Shown piece after piece: positions 36,290 through 50,154 of a stretch of 62,860 nucleotides of DNA (its first letter is position 1; each line of letters starts with the position of its first letter). The notes under the pieces are model-generated. The model searched no databases, had not been told where the DNA came from, and was given only the letters and a program-made list of their open reading frames with translations. The translations under genes and the position numbers were made by a program. This DNA comes from Octopus bimaculoides (Eukaryota). The DNA lies in the NCBI RefSeq assembly GCF_001194135.2, contig NC_068990.1:81882098-81944957 (forward strand). The letters are read 5' to 3'.

Positions 36290-36626
36290 CATGTGTGTGT
36301 GTGAAATTGTTACAGTAAATATTATTTACATTTAGTGTCTCTGATTGTCACTCACACCTACTCTGTTTTAGTTTCCCCTCTACCAGTGTAACTGATAGGA
36401 CATACATTGCATTGTATTATATGTAAGATTATTGTTAAAGGTGGCAAACTGGCAGAATTGTTAGCACACCAGGCAAAATGCTTAACGGCATTTTCTCCAT
36501 TTACATGTTCTGATTTCAAAGTTCATCAAGGTTGACACTCCTTTCAGGTCTATGAAATATGTACCAGTTATGTACTGGGATTGATGTAATCAACTGCTTG
36601 CTCCCCACAATTTCAGGCCTTGTGCC

Positions 36627-36662
<36 letters not shown>

Positions 36663-39600
36663 TCTTTTAATGTCCTCTTCCCATACTGGCATGGGTTGGA
36701 CAGTTTGACAGGAGCTGGCCAGACAGGAGCCTGTGTCATGCTTCTGTGTCTGTTTTGACATGGTTTTATGGTTGGATACCCTTCCCAACACCAACCACTC
36801 CATAGGCCTTGTGCCTAGAGTAGAAAGGATTATTATTATTATTATTAAGTATATGTAAATTCTAAGCTTTGCACATTTATATTTGGAGTATGTTTTATTT
36901 ACTTAAGCTATTTCTACAATTCTAGTGAAATGGACTAAGTATTCAATTGATTTTGAAATTTATCATGAATTCAGGTTAATTTTGTAAGTCAACAAAACTC
37001 GTTCATTTTCTTAACTGGTATCTGGAACATGACTTCAAAGGTTTTTACATAAAAGTTTGGTGGAATGTTTTAATTTAAACATATAAACGTAAAAGTATTT
37101 TTGTATCATAGAACTAGAGGTGTTCTTAGTTGTGGTATCAAAACGGTTAAATACCTTTCCTTGCATGAAGCTGGTCTGTTATTTTGTTTTTCGTATCATA
37201 TTCACTGACTGGCCTGCACTTTCTTGCACCAGTGTGCATCGCATAAACAAATATTAGTTCCATTTTTTTTAGAATATGATCAGCAATGTCAGGCCAAACT
37301 AATCACCTTATTTCACTTCTCTCATTCACAACGAAGCATAAGATTTTCTACATTTCTTTTTACTATTTCTTCTTCCTTTTTACTGGTTTCTTCTCTTTCT
37401 CAGATCTGTTAATTCAAAATCTCCATGGAGCTCCGACCTTAGTCATTCGATCTGCTAGAAATAGCAGCTATACACCTCTCTCAAATCACACCCTGTCATT
37501 TAAAAAAACCAAAAAAGGACATATTATATAATGTAAGTCCACATATCCATGAGAAAACATCTAGAATGTCTTTAATGGAGATAAACAACGTCACCATAGT
37601 TATTGCCCTTTGTATCTTTCTGAATACATGTTAATACAATGATACCATCAATGCTATCTCTTCTAATCCTACACTATCTTTCTCAGTTTCAAGTCCCAAC
37701 TTTGTGCCATAATGTGCTTACACCACTAGAATCTAAAATGCCCATATTCACTGAGTATGTTCCCCACTTTGTTTGCATCATCTGAACAGACTATGTACAT
37801 GTCTCTATTATAACATGAATGCTGTAGATTTCAAAATCATTCATACTGGATTGTGATGCATCATCGTAACCATAGATAAAAAAAAAAGAAAAGAAAAACA
37901 AATAACCATACTGTGTTCCTTGTGGGCATATATTCTTGTGAAAGCATGTTAAATGTGTTTCTTTTTTTATCCCTCTGCATTTAAAGCATGGAAGTTATTG
38001 ATCTTAGATCTGCTCAGTCAAAGCTGACCTGAGATTAAACAACTACTTTAGTGATATTTAGTCTTTTGGGCTTATCCATTCTATCCATTAACAAACATAT
38101 AATATATATGTTAATGTAAAGAAAAAAAATTCAATTTCGATCTGGCAGCTTTTCTTATGTCATCTTGACAAAGATGCTAATTAGGTAGGTATCTGTTTGA
38201 GACGTTTGAAGGCCTTTACTAAGCTGTATACACATGTAAAAAGCGAAATTCAGAGCAATGTTTTCAAATTACTGAAAATAGTACAGCAACAGTTGTAGTT
38301 GCAGTAACCATGGTGGTGGTGAGAGAAAAATAACAATTAGTTACTGAAGTGATTCTTATTTATGAGCAGTTAGCAGTGACTGAAAGATCTCTTCCAAAGT
38401 TCTAGTTAGAGCTGTCTGTTGTGAACAGTTGAGTTTAGTTCAGTCAAACCTGGTCATATGTTATATATACACCATCCTCAATAATTGTAAAACTCATAAT
38501 AGCTGTTACTTTAATTTCTTCAGAAGCATTGTTTTAAAGAACCTATTAAGCAGGTCAACTGAAAGCAAACCTGTTCTTGTGGCTTAGGGATGGGGGACTT
38601 TTTTTAAGAACCTGCAAGGTACATCTGTGCTCAGAAAAATTCAGATATTTTATAATTCTACAAATTCATAGATATGCATCATTATCATCAGTGTTATGTT
38701 TGTTTTTTTATTCATTGGCATGGGTTGAATGAGATATATTTTTCATGGCTGGATGCCCTTCTTGATGCTAAGCTGTTTAATCACCAACTGTACATGGTGG
38801 TATAAAATACCTTATCTAGAAATTGGGCTACATACGGTATGCAGTTTATATTAGATTAAGACTTAGTTATCTTCATGAGTTTTCTCAGGTTTTTTCAGTG
38901 AACTGTTTCGAATGTCACTGTAGGCAGGGGTTTCCTCACTCTAAGGTAGTTAACAGTCAAGGAATGCACTCATCATTTGGGACACAATATTGATAATGAA
39001 AGCAATTGAGTATATGCTGCTTGAATCCATAGAATCCAGAGTGAAATGCAATGTGACCAAGTCCACAGCTAAATGACAGATGATATAGTGAAACTGTTAA
39101 GAGTTAATCAAACTTTTTTCTCCACAAAGTTACTTGCTAGAAATATGAAACACCTTACTGTCTTTAAAAGGAAAGGACACGACACAATGGATAATATAGT
39201 ATAAAATATATTGTGTCAAAAAGAAAAAGACACAAGAAAGCCATAGAACATTTCAATCAGTATGTCTGCTCAATATTTCTTCGGTGACTAAGATGATGAG
39301 TTGGCAGAATTGTTAGCACATTGGGCAAAATTCTTAGCAGCATTTTGTTCGTTTTTACATTTTGAGTTCACATTCTTCAGAGGTTGACTTTGCCTTTCAT
39401 CCTTTCAGGGTCGATAAAATAAGTACCAGTTGAATACTGGGTTGATGTAATTGTCTTATCCCCTCCCCCAGAATCGATAAGCCTTGTGCCAATATTTGAA
39501 ATCAATATTTCTTTAGTGAATAGAGAAAGCCTTGATATGTAAATGTTGACAAGTAATATATATATTCTTTTCCATGTCTTGGCCAAAAGTGCAGTAATCA

Positions 39601-41220
39601 TTATCTTTTCTTGAGCTTTCATGACTGCTTAGAGGAAGTGAGTGGTTACCATTATACCAAGAATTTAGTGTGAATACTTGCAACAGAGTTGACTCCACTA
39701 AGTGTACCCTAGGGCCATGTGTTAGAGTTACACTGGTTGGTGGATTAGAACTGTCATTCAGGATTGAAAACAAATCCATCTCACTATCCATACACCAGAT
39801 ATTTTTATCCTCCAGACGCCCATATTTGGCTGTTCTTTTCTTATATTGTTTTTACATAAAGTGGTTGTTTGAACTTGGGGAGTGTCAAATTTCTTAACTG
39901 CAGCAGTTAGATATGTCCCTTTACATTCTGAGATTAGTTTCTTTGGAGTAAAGTTTATCTTTTGTTTTATTTTAAGTACCAGCAAAGAACTAGGTTTGAT
40001 TTAACTGGTTATATTCCTTAACAACAGGAAAAAATAAAATGTATGTCTTTGTGCCTAAGTTAGAAATTAATAGTGTTGCTGTTCTTAGTAATTCAGATTT
40101 TACAAGTAGATACCCTTATCCAGTTCTGATGCTGTGTGTTAGCAACAGTTAGTAAGAGAGTCTGTTATGGTCATTTGTGAGGAGTGTAAAAATCTATCTT
40201 TTTGAGCTTTGCCCTTTGGGAATGAGCAAATAGAAGGAAGTAATGTTGTTTGATTGCTGGAAGTAATATTGTACTGTTTCCTTTTTTTTTTCCCTCCCCC
40301 CCCCCGTTCTCTGTCTCTCATTTAACATCAGTGTCTTTTTTTTTATTCTAAGCATTTTCTAACATTGCATAAGAACTCTTATGTTATTTATAGTTATAAA
40401 TTTTATATTCTCCCTTAATCCTGCGACTAATTATTTTCTAGAACTATCTGCAGTATTCATTTCTCCCAAAACATTAAAAAACAATAAACAAGTGAAGAAC
40501 AAATATATAATGCGTGTATATATTGTCAAGGAAAAAATAAAGACCATCCTGAAATATAACAATATCTGTTTCAACGCACAATTTTACATCGGGAATCTTA
40601 CTCAAAAAATTCATAAACGTACTAAAATGCCACAATGTATATTCTATGATTCATGAATTTATTTATTCTTAGGAATAACCCTTTCATGACCATATTTCTT
40701 AGGAAATACAGATTTCAATTAATTTTGAAAATAATCAAGAATTTGCTGGGAATTTAGTAAAATAATTAACTTTCCCATAGTTAAGTTGGTGCCTGGAGTA
40801 CAAGCTTAATTATAGGGTTTTATATGAATTTATGGTAAAAGGTTTTTAATTTAAACATGAACACTTTTAAGATGAATTAGAGATCATTTCAAGCAGGTTG
40901 GTGTGATCATAGGAGTTAAACCCAGGTTGATTCAAGAATATATTTTTATAAAGACATATTTTAGAAGTGAATGCCAGGTGGGAACTGGCACAAATTATTT
41001 TGATCCCCAAATTTGCTGCTACTCTTCCTTCATTTACCTTTTTAGCCCTTATACATGTATCATTTTCTTTCAACATAAAAAAATGCATTATAATTATTTC
41101 ACTGCTGCTTAATTTGAATTTATTTCTCGAGAAAAACAACTGTTTAGAATCATTTGAATAGAATTTTAGAAATATTAAGGTATCGGATTTTCACTCCAGT
41201 TTTATAGCATTTTGCTTTAA

Positions 41221-41440
41221 CCCTTTAGAGTTCCGGTTATCCTGTCAGCTGTAATGTGTATGTATTCACATCATTTTGAATTTATCCGGCATTATTTTGT
41301 AACCTTGAGATTTTGATGATGTGATTGTTTATGTTCAAAATGACTTTCTAGGATAGGTGCAAGATGTCAGATCTGGCCAGTTTGAACATTAAACATGTAG
41401 AATATTTTGGCCGGATATGGCCATTTTAAATGCTTAAGCG
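41221..41440. mobile_element. TTAA-target (piggyBac-like) MITE, family 1, with both TSDs
   Basis: ttaa(41217)|ccctttagag ... tgcttaagcg|ttaa(41441). Confidence 0.85.
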
Positions 41441-43929
41441 TTAATGAAAGCATATAATGAAAATTCTGGGAAAAAGGAAAGTTTTTTTTTTAAGTTATGA
41501 AGTGCTATAGAGCACATTTAACCAGATATTTTGTTCCCTGTCCAAACAAATAGATTAATTGCTTTTCAGCTGTTGAAAAACCTTCTTTCACATGTTCTTT
41601 CAACCACAAAACTAAAGAATGAAATAAATAGCTATTTAATTGTAAAATTCTAGGCTTGACAATAGTCATTCCCACACAGGCAAATAATGCCTCCCATATT
41701 TCTATACTTAAGGTGATAAATCAATAAATTCATACCTTCCTATGTACAAAATTTACTTTTGTTTTCTGATCTGAACTACAAAGAAATGAGTTTTATTTAT
41801 TTTCATTACACTGAATAATTATCTCTTAATTCTGGGAAAGGTTTGTTTCTCTAGCTTAAAACTAACATTTTCAACACATTAATTGATTTTTAATTGATGC
41901 AACGTTTTATAAATAAGATCATATGAAGACTTAAGGAATAAATTAAAGAGTTGTGGGGGCATGTTAGGGAGTTGATATTTGCAGGTAGTTGTAGCAGTAG
42001 TAGATGTAAACAGCCTCCACTCCCAAATGAGAGGAATGTACATAATACAGTTTGTTTTAATATCTATTTTTGGTACACTTCTTAAAACATTAGGAAATGG
42101 AGAGAATTTAAGAATTCAGGATGAATGAAAGAATAATGACAAGGATGGCTTCAAGAAGTAATCAGACAATATTGCTTTTATGGATATTAAATTGTGATTG
42201 GTAATGTTTGTATAGTGTTGCTGCTTATAAATTCAATCTCTATTGGCCTTTAGTCTAGTAAATAGGAAACCAACACTTTTCATTGCCCTTTTATCTAATT
42301 TTATCTTTAAGATGTATATTGAAGTGGGTTAATTAAGTATTTATTTTTTCTTTGATTATATATACATACATCTGGCTGCCAAAACAGCAATGATATTTAT
42401 ATAATCATTGTTTTCTCTGTACAATTATCAGTTGATAATAATGCTGCTATTATTATTCACTCTATTATATTTACATCTTTCACCTATTATACAATAAAAT
42501 AATTGGTGATAATAGTTGCCCAGTAATGAGACTACTGTGTAATTAAACTATAAGTGTGTTGTAATTCTAACTCCTTCATTTATTTTATAGTAGGTTACAT
42601 AAGTGTGTGGCAGAACTGGTTGAGCATTCATACAAACCTTTTGTAGCATACATGATCACAAGCTGGTATACTAAAGGCTATGTGAATTGTCTGACTGATA
42701 AGCACACACTAACCAGATACTGGATTGGCCAGTCAAAATAATTTTAAAGTTTGGAACATCAGTTAGTACTTAAAAGCTTATGTCAAAGCAGCATATATCA
42801 AAACAGCTTGTTTCATATTTCAGAAGTTTGGTCATTTTTATTTGAAAGCTCCCTCTCTAGAGTTGCATATATTTCACACATTTGCATACAAACTGGAATT
42901 GAGGTTGGTTCAACTAAGATGTCATCACAGAACTGGAATCTGTAAGGTTATGAAAAGATTCAGTCTGGGTCATGTGATCTGTTATAGAAATGGTTATTGC
43001 AAATGACTACATTCATGCATCTTATAGTGCAGTTAGAGAACATCATTGTCGGTCACTGTTTTCCAATTGTAGATGTAAAGAGAGTGTCTAACTCTGCAGA
43101 ACAGATATCTTAAGAGATTTGGTAAAGCTCTAGTTTTTTTTTTTTTAGTTTTTCTTGATGTTTATATTTTTGTTAATGTAATACATACAAACAATGTTAT
43201 ACACAAACATATATGTGTATATATGCACAATGTCTATTTACCTAATTAAACTCACCATGTATTGGTGAACCAGGGGCTCTCAAGATGCAATGAGATTAAA
43301 TGTTGAGCCACATAGTTATAAAATGAATTCTTTAACCACTCAGCCATACATCTTCCTTCACTTTAAAACAAAAGTTTATTCTTTACTCTGAATATATGTA
43401 TTTTTCACATTGTTTTTACTCTCTCTCGCTCTCTGTAAATAAATGCACTTCTAATGTGTTAAAGAATTCCATGAATGTATTCATATACTGGATTATATCA
43501 TTGATGTTCTTTGTCTGCTGTCATATTTGGAATGGTCAATGTAATCCTTTGTTGTCTGAGATTAACTAGATCAGCTAGCTAATCTTATAGAATTTATTAT
43601 ACCTTGATATAAGTTCTGGCTCTCTTCAGAGTTTTATGATTTCACAGTTATTTATTATGTTTTATTATGTATCATATTCATAGTATTCCCCTAAGTTTAG
43701 CAGTAGTAGCAGTAACAGCAGTATTTGCTTATCGGGTTTTATTTGTAATGCACATTTAAGAAAAGAAAAAATTCTCACCACTCGTTTCAAACAAATATGA
43801 TTATGGGAATCACTTGGTCTCAAGTTTGATCTCATTTCCTGCAAGTGGCTTCTCCCTAATCATCATTATCAATGTCATCATCGTCATTGTCACCATTACT
43901 ACTACTACTACTACTACTACTATTACTTT

Positions 43930-45740
43930 TCCATGTTTATGGGGGGTTAGACTGGTCATACTCAGTTAACACCGTATCTTTCTTTTGCCAACTCTTTTGT
44001 AAGGTTCAGCATCCTGAAGTTATCCTTCACCACTTTTGCTTATGTTTTCTTTAGTTTTCCTCTTTCATAGTTTCCTTTTGCCTGAATCTCTCATCACTTC
44101 TTCAATGTAGTTATCTCTCTTGTACACTGTATCTGATTTTCCTTAATCTCATGTTTTCTCTAAGCTCATCTAGATCTCACTAATGATACACACTACTAGC
44201 ATTATACATCCAGTGGAACACGCTTCATTTCTTTCTGGAATTTAAACATCTATATTGAGTGTCCATGACTCACTATTGTGTGGCATTTTAATTGCTACAC
44301 AAACATAATATAATCTACCTTTCATTTGAAGAAAGAATCCTCTCATTGGCAGAGCTAATATAAGCTCCCTTAACCTTTACTATTTTTTTAATTCTAATTT
44401 TGTATGCTTTCAGAGTATCCTTTGTCCTCTTCTTTTGATAAGGTCACCTAGCAGATGCTATCAACTAGTTTTTATAGCACTTGTCTGGTATAAGATGGAA
44501 TTATTTTACTTAGTGTTGGGGACTGCTGACTACTCCTGTGTGTCTTCCCCATATGGCCATTATTCACTTTCAGGCTGCCTTTGACCCTACTATACATCTC
44601 ATGCATTCATAGATCACACTGTGTGCACCATATGAAATTTGGACTGAATCCTTTTCTGTATATGAAACCTGATGACTGTGGAGTCATGTCTACTCACCAA
44701 AACCTCAGCCTTTAGTAAGTTTACTTTAAGGTCTCTTGATTCTAGATTTTGTTTTCACATCTGGAATTTCTACTCTATGTCCTCCACAATCTCCACAGTA
44801 AGTACTCCAGTCATAAGTATCTAGAGGTTTCCCATGGACAGCTGGTTTTAAACTGCTTTATTATAATTTGGAAGCAGGAGCAAAGTTGAAAATTAAGTTT
44901 TGAGGATTAGATACCTGCACACAAAATTCCTTACTGCATTGCTGGCTCTCACTTTGTTGAGTACTTAACAGTAAATGGTTTGCATCATTCTCAAACCATT
45001 CATATACTTCTAGTTTTCTTAGTGACCACTTAACTTGAGATTGTAGTATTCTATCAAAAACTTTCTTCAGGTCAGCAAATGCTATGTGGAGAGGTTTACA
45101 ATAGTTTCTAGTAGGAGAGAAAGAGAGAGAAAGAATCAGTAATATCTCCACTTGGCACAAACCCTGAATGCATCTCATGTAAACTGATTCTCCTTTTAAT
45201 TAGTTATACTAATTCTGGTACTTTCAAACTTCCAGTTTTCTGTAGTTACCTTTTCTACAAGATCCTTTGCCCTTGTAGCAGTTGATGATTATACTGTGAT
45301 GCCATTCATCTGGTATGACACCTTTCTCTATTATTTGGTTAACTCTGCAGGTGACTAGCTTGAGCCCTAGTTCCACAGATATTTTCAGCATCACTACAAC
45401 TATCTTTGATGAACCTGCTTCTTTCCTTCTCTTCATATCCTTAATGACCATTTTGGTCATTCGGCTGTCCATTGCAGTAGCTGATCCCATTGTGGATACA
45501 AGTGGTACACTTCTTCCTTTCATACATTCTCAACATTCATCATTCTCAACATTCATCATTCTCTCATGCAAACATTTCCAAGTCTCTTTTTTTTATGTAT
45601 TTTGTCAGAATCAGTTGTACTGATGAGCCGACCATTATCATTTCAAACCCAAATTTTACAAAGTTCATTTTGACACTCTGCTTTGCAAGAATTTCTGTGG
45701 TAGCTGGCATGCATATAGCTAGTTTATACTAGAAGGATCC
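43930..45740 (-). mobile_element. Decayed RTE-clade non-LTR retrotransposon (ORF2/RT remnant with frameshifts, stops and deletions)
   Basis: Minus-strand peptides DMKRRKEAGSSKIVVVMLK...GVIPDEWHHSIIINCYKGKG...GNYR (RTE pre-RT motifs) and LHIAFADLKKVFDRI...WSLRKL (RT domain, F-x-D-L-x-K-A-F-D). Confidence 0.88.
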
Positions 45741-46711
45741 AGATTTGAATTAAACAGTAGTAGTCATTATTGCTGATTAATCCTGATGGAGCAGACCTGT
45801 AACTAAGAGTATGTATGTTGTGATCATCCTTTCTTCGTTAAGTTATAATGTATCCATTTACATTTTTCTGATACACTTAAGATTTCTCGTTGATTTGGTT
45901 TATATTTCTAAAAGGTCAAACGATCTCATGAGGCTCATTCATTGATTTGTCGAATGGGATGTGTACATGTGTGTATTGGTATAAATCACATAGTTAGTTA
46001 CAGAGCCATTGGTATATTTTACTAATGATACAGATCACTAAGGAAACAGATATTTATAACTGTTCTCAAGAGAACTAAAACTTTGCTGTAGCATTGATCT
46101 GAAAATCCCACTATAAATATATTGCGGTAGAAATCCGAGGGTTCAAGTAGCTCCCTTAGTTGCTTCTTAGTTTCTATATTTCAGGAGTAATTAGTTTTGT
46201 TTCTGCTCCTCTAAATAGAATCTTGAAATATATTTTAAGAATCCTGATCAGATTGCAAATAACATCTAGGAAATAGATATAATTGAATTTCTCAGTTTAA
46301 CCATATTCAGTATCTCAACAGCCTGATGTCCATGTGAATATATGTTATATGTATTTGTGCTTTTGTATTGTAGACATCTTAGATAAGAACTAAATAATAC
46401 AGCATAGATGTTTACTAGATGTATTGGCTACTCATTACTCTGGTCATACTACTACTTACAAACATATCACTATATGATAATAGTAATGATAATAATAATA
46501 ATAATCGTTTCTGCTATAGGTACGCTGTCTGAAATTTGGAAGAAAAGGGGCTAGTTAATTGAATTGATCCTTGTGTGCAACAGGTACTTATTTCAATTGA
46601 TCCTGAAAGGATGAAAGAAAAGTCGGACTTGGTGGAATGCTGTTAAACATTTTGTCCCTCATGCTAATGTTTCTGCCAGCTCACCGCCTTAATAATAATA
46701 ATAATAATAGC

Positions 46712-47196
46712 TGCAGTATTAGGCACTGGCTCTCAAGGTTTCTGATCATAACTGATAGGAAATGTTATGTCTTGGTATAAAAGATGGGCTACAGCAAATA
46801 TTCTGCTCAATACCACAGACTTGCTTGTCAGTTGTTTGACCATAACCAGCTGAACATGTCCCTTGGTGGCTGACAATATGTGCATCTCTGATCATAAGTA
46901 GAAGTAGTGGGGGAGCATCATAGCCATGTCTTGAGAGGAATTTTTTGGAGTTTGTAATTCACCTCTGGAATCAGCATCCTTAAACAAGCCTTATTTGAGC
47001 AGAATGGGCTACTCGACCTGAAGAAAATTCTGAGTCCCTCCTGCAAGATCATGTGCAGTTTATCTTGAAATGAGACCACCATGTCGTGCACATGTGCCTG
47101 GTATACCCTTATCAGACGGGTAGTCATGATGGGTATACTAGGCTCCATATATGTTATCCTTGTGTTACCGTGATGGCATGCACTGCTCTCTCACTC

Positions 47197-47235
<39 letters not shown>
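46712..47235 (+). mobile_element. Interspersed repeat with (AAT)n tail, probably a non-LTR 3' end or SINE
   Basis: GC-richer ~480-bp block ending catgcactgctctctcactc followed by (aat)n. I recall it as a common octopus repeat; family not determined. Confidence 0.65.
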
Positions 47236-48030
47236 GATGATTTCTACTTTGGGCACAAGGCCAACAATTTTAAGGAGAAGGGATTAGTTGATACCCACGA
47301 CCATGTAAGAATGAAAGGCAAAGTTGACCTTCATGAAATTTGAACCTAAAAAGTTAGTAGCAGTTTTCCAGTGCCCAGTCAGTTCTACTTTTATAAAAAC
47401 ATTTTTTTTCATTGATGCACCATATGATAAGTATTTCTCTGGCAAGAAACTGGAGACATGAAAGTATAATAATAATAATAGTAGTAGTAACAGCAACAAA
47501 AGGTATATACACACACATATATATATATGCGAGTGTGTGTGGTGGGGTTGCATGTAACATATATGTATACAAATAGAAGGAAAGAGCATTCAGTAGATTT
47601 TACAGGATTTATATTCATTGAAGGATGGTTTGTGAGTTAAGAATCCATTACTTGAAATTTCATAGGCACAGGAAGTATGTTTAATCATTCAAATCTTCCA
47701 TTTGTGTTTGTGCGTATGTTCTGATTGGTAAATGTATTTAGCAGAGTTTTTTTCTCTTCTCTTCCGTGTATGTGTGCATGTGCATACACATATGAAACAG
47801 GCATGTGTGTGTTTATAGCTTGATGAATTGATAGAGAGATAATTGTTGATGAGGGATTTAGCATTTGATAGTGCAGAGACACACATTTTGGTCTATCTTT
47901 GAAGTGAGCTTCAGTCATAACAGTCACTGTGTAAGATCACAGAAAGATTCTTAGATTTACTTTATGGTTCTTATTTCTTTAGCCTAAAACATTTGCATAA
48001 TGGTAATTAATGTCCAATGGATCCAAGAGA

Positions 48031-48650
48031 CAGGGTGTCCCCCCAAAATTGACATTATTTGAAATGTGTATATATGAGTAACTATGTCCTAAGTAAATGA
48101 AATTCAATAAGTTTCATGTTTTTTTTAAATCAAAATTCAAACAAGAGATTCAGAGTGATGTAGATTTTCTAACTGATTTCACAAATGTTCAACATGCGTA
48201 TTGCCTGTGACACAGCACACACCAAATCGGCAGTTCAGCTCCTGCCAAACATCCTGTAGTGTATCTTGTGTAACATTTTCCAGTGCCTCAGGGTGCAGAA
48301 AGAGAGGGTGGGTATAGACCAGTCCTTTTACATGGCCCCATAGAAAAAAATCACAAGGTGTCAGATCAGGTGAACATTTCAACAGCACATTGTCATTATC
48401 ACTGGGACACCTGATCCATCTCATTGAGATAACCCAGCACATTCAGCCTCCAGTGAGGTGGAGCCCCGTCTTATTGAAAAATGAAGTGTTCATGCTCATT
48501 TGCAGTGAGCTTATCAAATAACCAGTCATGTTTTCCTTAAAGAAAACAGTCCATAAAGACGATTCTTCATTAAACTTTGAGATCATTTGAGCAAGAACTG
48601 ACTATATTATTAAACTATGAAATGATGTTAATTTTGGGGAGGACACCCTG
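48031..48650 (-). mobile_element. Internally deleted Tc1/mariner transposon with both TIRs and transposase C-terminus
   Basis: TIRs cagggtgtccccccaaaattgacattattt / aaatgatgttaattttggggaggacaccctg|ta. The minus ORF contains SPDLTPCDFFLWGHVKGLVY (third catalytic-motif region). Confidence 0.93.
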
Positions 48651-49469
48651 TATATTGTAGTGGAATGTGGCAAAGAATTTTAAGTTATATATGGTTTATG
48701 TTTAGTAGTACTGATTAATATATTTGATTTGAGTATTTCTAAAGATAAGAAATGCATTTGACAGAAGAGTGACAGATTTATGGTTACACATTACAATGTA
48801 TGATTTCAGTTACTGTCATTGTATTAACAAATACTCTTCCCATATTCTTCGAATCTTTAAAAACCTCTTTCATTTTAATGTCTCTTTCTCTCTCAAAAAT
48901 TTAGTAGTTTTGTTTTATCTTATTCTAACATAATTTCATATCAGATACAATAACATTTATTAATTCTCCATTAAGCAATTGATTGCTGCAATACGAGATA
49001 TTGACCAGTTACTGTTGATAGTATTTTCCTCATTGCTAAGTACTGTTCCTTTCTATAAAATGCAACTCAGCCATCTATCAATACTCCATAAATTAAGTCT
49101 TGATATTTAATTGTTGTTTCATATTTTCCACAAAATAAAGATTTGTCTGGACTGAAAAACCTATTGGAAACCTATTCCCTTGTTACTTTGATGTGGGGAT
49201 TGATTTATAAATGCAATTAGATACAAATTGAAATTCAATGATTCATCCCCCACTCGCTCTGTATACACATGTAATATGTGTGTGTATGTATGTATATATA
49301 TATATATATATATATNNNNNNNNNNNNNNNNNNNNNNNNNNNNNNNNNNNNNNNNNNNNNNNNNNNNNNNNNNNNNNNNNNNNNNNNNNNNNNNNNNNNN
49401 NNNNNNNNNNNNNNNNNNNNNNNNNNNNNNNNNNNNNNNNNNNNNNNNNNNNNNNNNNNNNNATAGGAA

Positions 49470-49800
49470 AATGAAAAATAATAATAAGGCAGAATGCTAA
49501 ACTGGAAGCATATTTTAATAAAGATTTCTCTAACAGGCTTTCATTGCGAAGCAAATTTTTCGAGAAGAGGGAGAATGAAAATGTTTTTTACAAAGAAGTA
49601 CAAAATGAAGAAAATAATATATAAAAAAATAAATATACCAATACATTATATTGTCTTTGAGCTTTTGAAGTTCAACGGTAGTTCATGCATATAATGGTTG
49701 GAAAAATAAGGATGCATGAGAATTGAGAGTTGTGTTAGGTTTAAAAAAAGGTTAAAAGTTTGTGTTAAGCAGGAAGTGTGGTGTCAAAACAGGAAGTGTG
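49470..49800 (-). mobile_element. Probable Penelope-like terminal remnant
   Basis: On the minus strand there are tandem cacttcctg motifs, a T-rich tract and ctcgaaaaatttgcttcgcaatgaaagcctgtt. Weak support. Confidence 0.35.
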
Positions 49801-49842
49801 TAAGAGGAGACAAAAAAACATTTGTCTCCCCTTACACACACT

Positions 49843-50154
49843 GTACTTATTCTATCGGCCTCTTTAGCCGAACCGCTAAGTTACGGGGATGTAAACACAC
49901 CAGCATCGGTTATCAAGCGATGTTGGGGGGACACAGACACAAACATACACACACACACACACATACATATATATGTATACATATATACGACAGACTTCTT
50001 TCAGTTTCCGTCTACCAAATCCACTCACAAGGCTTTGGTTGGCCCGAGGCTATAGTAGAAGACACTTGCCCAAGGTGCCACGCAGTGGGAGATGAACCCG
50101 AAACCATGTGGTTGGTAAGCAAGCTACTTACCACACAGCCACTCCTGCACCTAT
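49843..50154 (-). mobile_element. Young SINE family A lacking its last ~100 bp
   Basis: gtacttattctatcggcc...cactcctgcacctat. Confidence 0.93.

Noticed and set aside
39513-39791. Minus-strand ORF containing PPTSVTLT, reminiscent of an FN3 start
   Set aside because: Lacks the downstream W, Y and LxPxTxY motifs, and is on the opposite strand to the gene.
42824-42945. Phase-1-compatible acceptor with 40 open codons; similar candidates at ~27266, ~60230 and ~61079
   Set aside because: The peptides have no domain signature, and such short frames after AG are expected by chance in 46 kb.
49527-49572. Minus-strand hammerhead-like string ctcgaaaa-atttgcttcgcaat-gaaagcctgtt
   Set aside because: The core deviates from CUGANGA at several positions; kept only as weak support for a Penelope-like remnant.
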